A stretch of DNA of 45,717 bases from Octopus bimaculoides (lineage: Eukaryota), in contig NC_068986.1 of assembly GCF_001194135.2 (NCBI RefSeq), positions 93,266,974-93,312,690 of the forward strand, written 5' to 3'. Under the pieces are notes generated by a model that saw only the letters and a program-made list of their open reading frames with translations, was not told the origin of the DNA and searched no databases. Of the stretch, positions 39,693 to 45,717 are shown in pieces (within the stretch, counting starts at the first letter, position 1; each line of letters starts with the position of its first letter). Position numbers and translations under genes: made by a program.

Positions 39693-39884
39693 TTCTTTTA
39701 TTGGCCACATGGGCCCAAGATATGGAGGAAAATATCGAAGGACGAGTTACAACACACAAATAAAAAAACACAACAAACAAAGATTACAAAAATGTAGGGC
39801 TAACATTGATCAAGGGGTGTTACTACCATATTAAAGGATATAACAGAGGATATACAATAGAAAGTAGAAAAATAAATAATAAAT

Positions 39885-40012
39885 ATATTAGCTTCAGAAA
39901 ACAGTATTATTAGGGACAGCTAGGATACTTAGGAGTGTTCTTGGCATCTAAAGTTGTTGTAGCCCAATATTAGGAATTTTTTTATGGTGTGTAAATGAAA
40001 TAATAATAACAA
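39885..40012 (+). mobile_element. Second R4/Dong-clade LINE 3' end
   Basis: LQKTVLLGTARILRSVLGI* followed by aaataataataac. Confidence 0.8.
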
Positions 40013-40014
40013 TG

Positions 40015-40232
40015 GTTTCAAAATTTTATTTTGGCACAAGTCCAGCAATTTCGGGGGAGGGAGCAAGTCAATTACATCGGTGCCATTGCTCAACTGGTAC
40101 TTAATTTATTGACTCCGAAAAGATAAAAGGCAAAGATGACCCTGGTGGAATTTGAACCCGGAATGTAAAGATGGATGAAATGTCACAAAGCATTTTGCCT
40201 AGCGTGTTAACAGCTCTGCCAGCTCACTACCT
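40015..40232 (-). mobile_element. tRNA-derived SINE family A
   Basis: Reverse complement of family A. Confidence 0.85.
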
Positions 40233-40559
40233 GAATAATGATAATGATGGTGGTTTCTTTTATTGGTCATTAGGGACCAAGACACTGAGAACAACATCAA
40301 AGGGTGAAATACGGAATACAATATTTTCACTAATTACAAATGTTTCTTGACCAACCACTCAAACTCAGCAAAAGACCCGACCTTTACTTGTGTTGTTTAT
40401 TTATTTTATCTTTTTATTTATTTATTTAATTATTTATTTATTGTGGGGGTGGTAGAAGCAACATTGATGGGTGGAATAGGATGTGTTGATGAAGAAGGAG
40501 TTATTTTCATTGACTTATTTTTTGGTGGTGGGGTGGGTGAAAGTGTTTTTTTTTATTTT

Positions 40560-40850
40560 TGCAATTTATTTTCTTTTTGGTATTTCACTTCTTTCCTTTC
40601 TATTCCAACATCCATGTCCTTGCCCTTCACTCCATATCTCTCCCCCACCTTTCAGCCTCTAACAACAAAGAGCAACCTCAGTCTCCACTTTTTTTCTTTC
40701 TTCCTTTTTATACCCTCTTACAGTTACATCTTCTCGGAGTAGCTCTCACCCGTTCCCAACCCCAATCTTCAATCATCTTCCATTCCCAGTTAGTCTTATA
40801 TGCAGTCATACTGATCCTTTCAAGCATTTTCCCCAGGTGAACTTTTGAAG
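40560..40850 (+). mobile_element. Decayed CR1/Jockey-group LINE C-terminus
   Basis: FQPLTTKSNLSL..F resembles LQPLSHRRNVASL.LFY. Confidence 0.45.
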
Positions 40851-40883
40851 CTACAACAGCCAAAGACTGATCGTTACCATTAA

Positions 40884-41105
40884 CCCTTTTGTTACCATAT
40901 TTCGGTTGAAATATACTGTCTTTGTTTCAAATTATTTGGAATATAATGAAGAATTTAGTAAAATCACTTTGTCATTATTAATCTGGTGTCTGGTACATAA
41001 ATTACCATGAAACTTAAATGGAAGATTTTAATTTGTATCATTTTAAAACTGGAAATTTGCATCATAGAACCAAGAGCGTTCTCAGGTGAGTTGGTATCCA
41101 AGGAG
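40884..41105. mobile_element. piggyBac-type MITE
   Basis: ttaa|ccctttt gttacca ... tggtatccaaggag|ttaa. Confidence 0.6.
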
Positions 41106-41284
41106 TTAATGATCAAGTGTAAGATTCTTGCGAGAAGTAAATAACAGAAGGAGACAATGGAAAGGAAGTGGAATGAGTTTAAAGGGGTCAGTGATCTACT
41201 TCAAGTGGTAACAGCATGAAGCAAGAGGATTACAAGTTGAACCCCTTACCATACAAATTACCTTGTAAAATGTTATACATATAT

Positions 41285-41675
41285 AGGCGCAGGAGTGGCT
41301 GTGTGGTTAGTAGCCTGCTTACCAACTACATGGTTCCGGGTTCATTCCTACTGCGTGGCACATTGGGCAGGTGTCTTCTACTATAATCTCGGGCCGACCA
41401 AAGCCTTATGAGTGGATTTGGTAAACGGAAACTGAAAGAAGCCCATCATATATATGTATATATATTATGTGTGTGTATATGTTTGTGTGTCTGTGTTTGT
41501 TCCCCCAACATCGCTTGACAACAGATGGTGGTGTGTTTACGTCCCTGTAAATTAGCAGTTCGGCAAAAGAGACCGATAGAATAAGTACTAGGCCTCCAAA
41601 AGTCCCGGGGTTGATTTGCTTGACTGAAGGCGGTGCTCCAGCATGGTCGCAGTCAAATGACTGAAACAAGTAAAA
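41285..41675 (+). mobile_element. Complete tRNA-derived SINE family B
   Basis: ggcgcaggagtggctgtgtgg (A-box-like), ggttccgggttca (B-box-like), (TA/TG) linker, tail caaatgactgaaacaagtaaaa. Confidence 0.9.
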
Positions 41676-42786
41676 CAGAAAAGGGAGAAAGAGAATATTT
41701 ATTCACATTGTTTTGAATCAATGATCACTTAGCTCATAGCTTTGGGATTTTGATGTGATTGTTTACTTTTAGAATGACATTGTAGGATAGGTATGAGAGG
41801 CCAGATCTGGCTAGTTTGAACATAAAGTAGGTAGAATGTTTGGGCTGGAAATGGCTGCTTTAACTATTAAAAGATTAAGAACATTGGAATAGCAGTTCTG
41901 TAGAGCAACATATCAGATACTTTGTCCATAACTGATTATGATCTTTTACATTCTAAATTCAAATGCAATTAGCGAAAAGTGGGTCGCGATGGGGTGAAGC
42001 TCATTCTCGTTTTGTTAACGGTTTTGACCATCATTTATCAAGCACATATAGTTTAGTAAGTGCTCTGTATTCTCATAAAACTTCCTCAATAATCTTCTGA
42101 TTATTTGTTTTCCTTTCATTTTCCCTACATTATTTGCCTCAGATTCTTATGTTGTCATTTTTCATTAGTTGTTTCAAAATGAGGTGGATTGTGTGATTTT
42201 GTGCTAATACAGCTGCCTCTCCGTGCCAGATCTTTCATGTGATCCACTATCCAAAGATTGGTCCCCATCAATTCTTCTCACATCTTTGATTTACCTTTCC
42301 TAATATCACACTGCTAACATCATCTCCTCTCCCTTCGTATGTGTGTGCACAAAGCTGACATTGGGGAATGGTGCAGTTTTCTGATCTTCTGATGTATATC
42401 TATATGTTTGTAAAGTGTACATTAAGGTGCCTGGTATATAACCAATATTTTCAAGCTTGATCTGTTCCTTTATAATGCAAACAAGAAGTCTGTGCGTGAA
42501 AAGAATTCGTGTTATTTTGACCATTTTTGTCTTGTTTTGAGCACCTTGGTTCTAATGACCACAAAGTATACAAGCAAACTAGATTTTTGATGTGTGTATT
42601 ATTAATTTGGAAAAGAAAAATGGAATAGACTAAATATGAGCTTGATTTTAACTATTGTGACAACCGAACAAGGAATAAATTTGCTTCTTCTTACTAAAGT
42701 ATGACAAATGGACCAGTCGAAATCATGCAGAGAGAAAACAGGTTTGATCCATCATTTAGCATCATTCATTATTTGTTTCATAAAAA

Positions 42787-42990
42787 TTAAGGTGGTGAGC
42801 TGGCAGAATCATTAGCATGCTAGGTAAAATGCTTAGTATTTCAGCTGTTGTTCAGATTCTGAGTTCAGATTCCGCTGAGGTCAACTTTGCCCTTCACCCT
42901 TTCAAGGTTGATAACACTATGGTTGATGTAATCAACTAGTCTCCTCCCTCCAAATTTCAGGCCTTGTTCCTTCAGTGAAAAGGATTATTT
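42787..42990 (+). mobile_element. tRNA-derived SINE family A
   Basis: aaggtggtgagctggcagaatcattagc.. Confidence 0.85.
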
Positions 42991-43914
42991 GTTTCATAAA
43001 ACGATGATAATGATTACCTTGAATATTCTCTCCTGAAGGCAATTCCCAGAGGAATGCAATCAACCAAATCAACATTTTGCCTGCAGCCTAACACCGAAGA
43101 GAGAAAGGCTAGAATGGAGAAAACTTATTCTGTAAAAATTTAGTTCCATAAATTTGTGAAAAAAACCATCACAAAAGCTGGTGGCAGGCAAAAACAAATG
43201 CATCTACTTGTATTCTTTCTCTTTCTCACCCATCCACCTTACATACATGCATGTATATATTTGCTAAGGAAGTTACTGTTTCTGAAGGACTTAGATTTTC
43301 ATGCCAATACACTGAACAGGTTTGATAATTACATTGACACGAAACTTTAACCTCTGGAGCCCCTGTATCTTTGTGTTTATTAAAAATAAACATACTCTAT
43401 GTATTGTGTTCTATTTTCCCATGAACCCAAAATTGCATAATTAAATTTAGTCATCTGTATTGTATATCCTTTTACCATCCACTTCTTTCATATCTTGACA
43501 ATTCATAAGCCTACAAAATTTCTGTTAATCATATTTTATCACTATTTTCCTTCAGTTAGAGAATAGTATTTTTCTAGCTTTTGTTGGTTCCAAAAATAGC
43601 TTATATTACCCCGCATTAGCTGAAGTTAATGGTTTCTTCAATTCTTCTTCATACATTCATATTTAAATTCAATTTATTCTTATCCAGTTATTGACCCTTT
43701 TCCCATATAAGGAGGAATATAGCTACAAGACACAGCATTTTATATTGGTCTGTATATTTTATTTCCCTGACATAGGTGTAAATAATAAAAATTTATTAGA
43801 TAAAATTATTCCTTTAAACAAGGAGTTGGCATCAGCTTTATTTTCATGTAGGGACATCCAAAATGTAAGTAGTAGAATACTTTAAAATGATCTCAAATAA
43901 ACACGGAATAGATG

Positions 43915-44075
43915 TGGGTGTGACTGTGAAGTGAAAAAGTTTTCTTTCCAACTACATGGTTCCAGGTTCAGTTCTACTGTGTGGCACCTAAGGCAAGTGT
44001 CTTCTACTATAGCCCCAGGTAGACCAAAGTTTTGTGAGTGGATTTGGTAGACAGAAACTGAATGAAGCCTGTCAT
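43915..44075 (+). mobile_element. SINE family B 5' half
   Basis: Aligns with 41285-41445. Confidence 0.8.
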
Positions 44076-44454
44076 ATACATAAATATATATATATAATAC
44101 ATTTTTAATGCTTAAGCTTAAAGTAGAAAGGCTACAAATAATAGCATGTAGATATTGGGTTAAAAATACCCTTTTGGATTAAAAAAAAAAGGTCAAAGGC
44201 TGCCATGGAACTCAAACCCACATCTTCTGTAAGCATGACAGGTATTCTAACATTGGATCAAAACAGTCCTTCTAGTTCCCCTTTCCTGTTTAAAATTTTT
44301 ATTCTTACCAATGAGGGTTGTATATTGTTGATGTCATAGGGATTTAGAAACTTTGAAAGAACATGAAATAAATCGTTTTTAATGGTTGAACTTGCGGTTG
44401 AAAAGTTTCAGAATTCTTATGATGTCAACTCTGTGTGTGTGCGTGTGTTGTTGT

Positions 44455-44720
44455 CTCCTTACCTTGACATTACATGATAGTTGTGAGCAAGTGCCACCAT
44501 CATGCAAGTGGTGTGCTTTGTTTCCAGTATTCCATTAAAACATGTCTGGTCATGAAGAAATATTATCTTACTTGGAACTAAGTGAAGGTTGACCACAGGA
44601 AAGGCATCTGGCCATAGAAAACCTGCTTCAACAAATTCTGTCTGACCCATGCAAGCATGGAAAAACGGACGTTAAAACAATGATATTCACAGTGATGATG
44701 ATGACAACAACAACGATTAT
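44455..44720 (+). mobile_element. Family C (RTE tail) copy
   Basis: aggaaaggcatctggcc..acccatgcaagcatggaaaaacggacgttaaa + gat repeats. Confidence 0.75.
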
Positions 44721-45214
44721 GATGACAATGATGATGCCCAAAATTATATTTCTACACTTTGACATTAAAGAACATGATTCATCTATCACAGAGTCATTAT
44801 TAATTAAGGTGCTCAGTTTCACAAAATCAATCAATCACCAGCATAGGTAAGACCAAAATAGATATCAGATCAGATCAGATATTTATTCATTTATGTATTT
44901 ATTTACTTCATTCTTTATAATCCATTCATTAACGATGCAACTAACCTACATTCTCTCTCTGTCCCATTTTTGACATCTACTAAGCCTCACCACTTCTAGT
45001 TTTTCACCTAAACACTAAATAATTTATGGCATTCATTCAATCATGTTCATTTCCCATTAAATATCTCTTAAAAATATCTCTACAGAAATTAGTTATTCCA
45101 CTTCTATTTCTTAAACACTAAATCATCTATCCACAGATACAAAGAAATTATTTAAAGAATTTCTTGAATGAATTTCAATCTTTTACTTTTTATTACTCTA
45201 CGTAGCTAATTCTT

Positions 45215-45385
45215 TTATGGTTATATGGTTAAGAAGTTGACATATAAGTTTACTTTCCAACCAAGTGGTTTTGTATTCAGTCCCACTGCATGGCACCTTG
45301 GGCTAGTTTCTTCCAGGTATCACTAGACTGACCAAAGCCTTGTGAATGTATTTGCTAGATGCAAACTTAAAGAAACCTGTTGTAT
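45215..45385 (+). mobile_element. SINE family B 5' half ending in (TA)n
   Basis: ttcagtcccactgcatggcaccttggg..gaccaaagccttgtga. Confidence 0.75.
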
Positions 45386-45402
45386 ATATATATATATATA
45401 TA

Positions 45403-45717
45403 AGGTTGAGGAGGGTATTGGATTTAACCAAACCCAGGAGGATACAGGTAATACCGAGTAAGTGCTGTATACCGATTAGTTTGCCCCAGTCGTTGTATGA
45501 ACAGGATTGGGTATTATAAGTCGTGTATTAGCGTGTGTATATGTAAATATATAAAAACAAAAAGATAAAGAGAGCAAAGGTAAGGTTGAAGTATTTTATG
45601 GATAGAGTCTTACAGCTGTTTCTGGGAAGATCCAGTACTTCCCTTCATCGGAGACAGAAAAAATAAGGTAATCTATAATTATATCCATAGGCAGATATTT
45701 TTAGTATGAAGTGGTAA
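45403..45717 (-). mobile_element. Probable Penelope-like pLTR (runs off the window end)
   Basis: Abuts the SINE (TA)n and contains the hammerhead motif at 45607-45655. Confidence 0.6.
45607..45655 (-). ncRNA. Minimal type-I hammerhead ribozyme motif (U4C; A.A at the base of stem II)
   Basis: GUCU CCGAUGA A GGGAAG uacuggau CUUCCC A GAAAC AGCU GUA^AGAC: 4-bp stem I, 6-bp stem II, ACAGCUGU palindrome. Confidence 0.8.

Noticed and set aside
41285-41360. Functional tRNA gene
   Set aside because: tRNA-like A/B boxes only; no complete cloverleaf; it is the head of a multi-copy SINE
42295-42354. Minus-strand 60-nt open exon candidate (LCAHTYEGRGDDVSSVILGK)
   Set aside because: Phase-incompatible with the 38427 candidate and no homology recognised
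43346-43630. TTAA-flanked segment as a piggyBac MITE
   Set aside because: The putative TIRs match too poorly

Overview
AT-rich, microsatellite-dense, repeat-rich animal DNA from a gapped scaffold. It is probably intronic or intergenic sequence of an octopod cephalopod; this is inferred from the SINE/RTE repertoire and repeat landscape and is not proven. No complete protein-coding gene is present, and almost all ORF-track entries are microsatellite or N-gap artefacts. Recognisable content: several tRNA-like SINE families, decayed LINEs (RTE, RTE-BovB-like, CR1/L2-group, CRE, R4/Dong), Tc1/mariner elements (a full-length dead DD37D maT, a mariner remnant, a MITE), hAT-, piggyBac- and Merlin-like non-autonomous elements, and a few tentative host exons. 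The main discovery is three unrelated minimal type-I hammerhead ribozyme motifs: 31037-31097 (+, core intact), 45607-45655 (-) and 10655-10695 (-, U3-A8 covariant). Each has an 8-nt palindrome in place of stem III and sits in a small element at a (TA)n tract, which matches Penelope-like-element/retrozyme hammerheads that cleave as dimers. The intact one lies in the loop of an ~85-bp inverted repeat.
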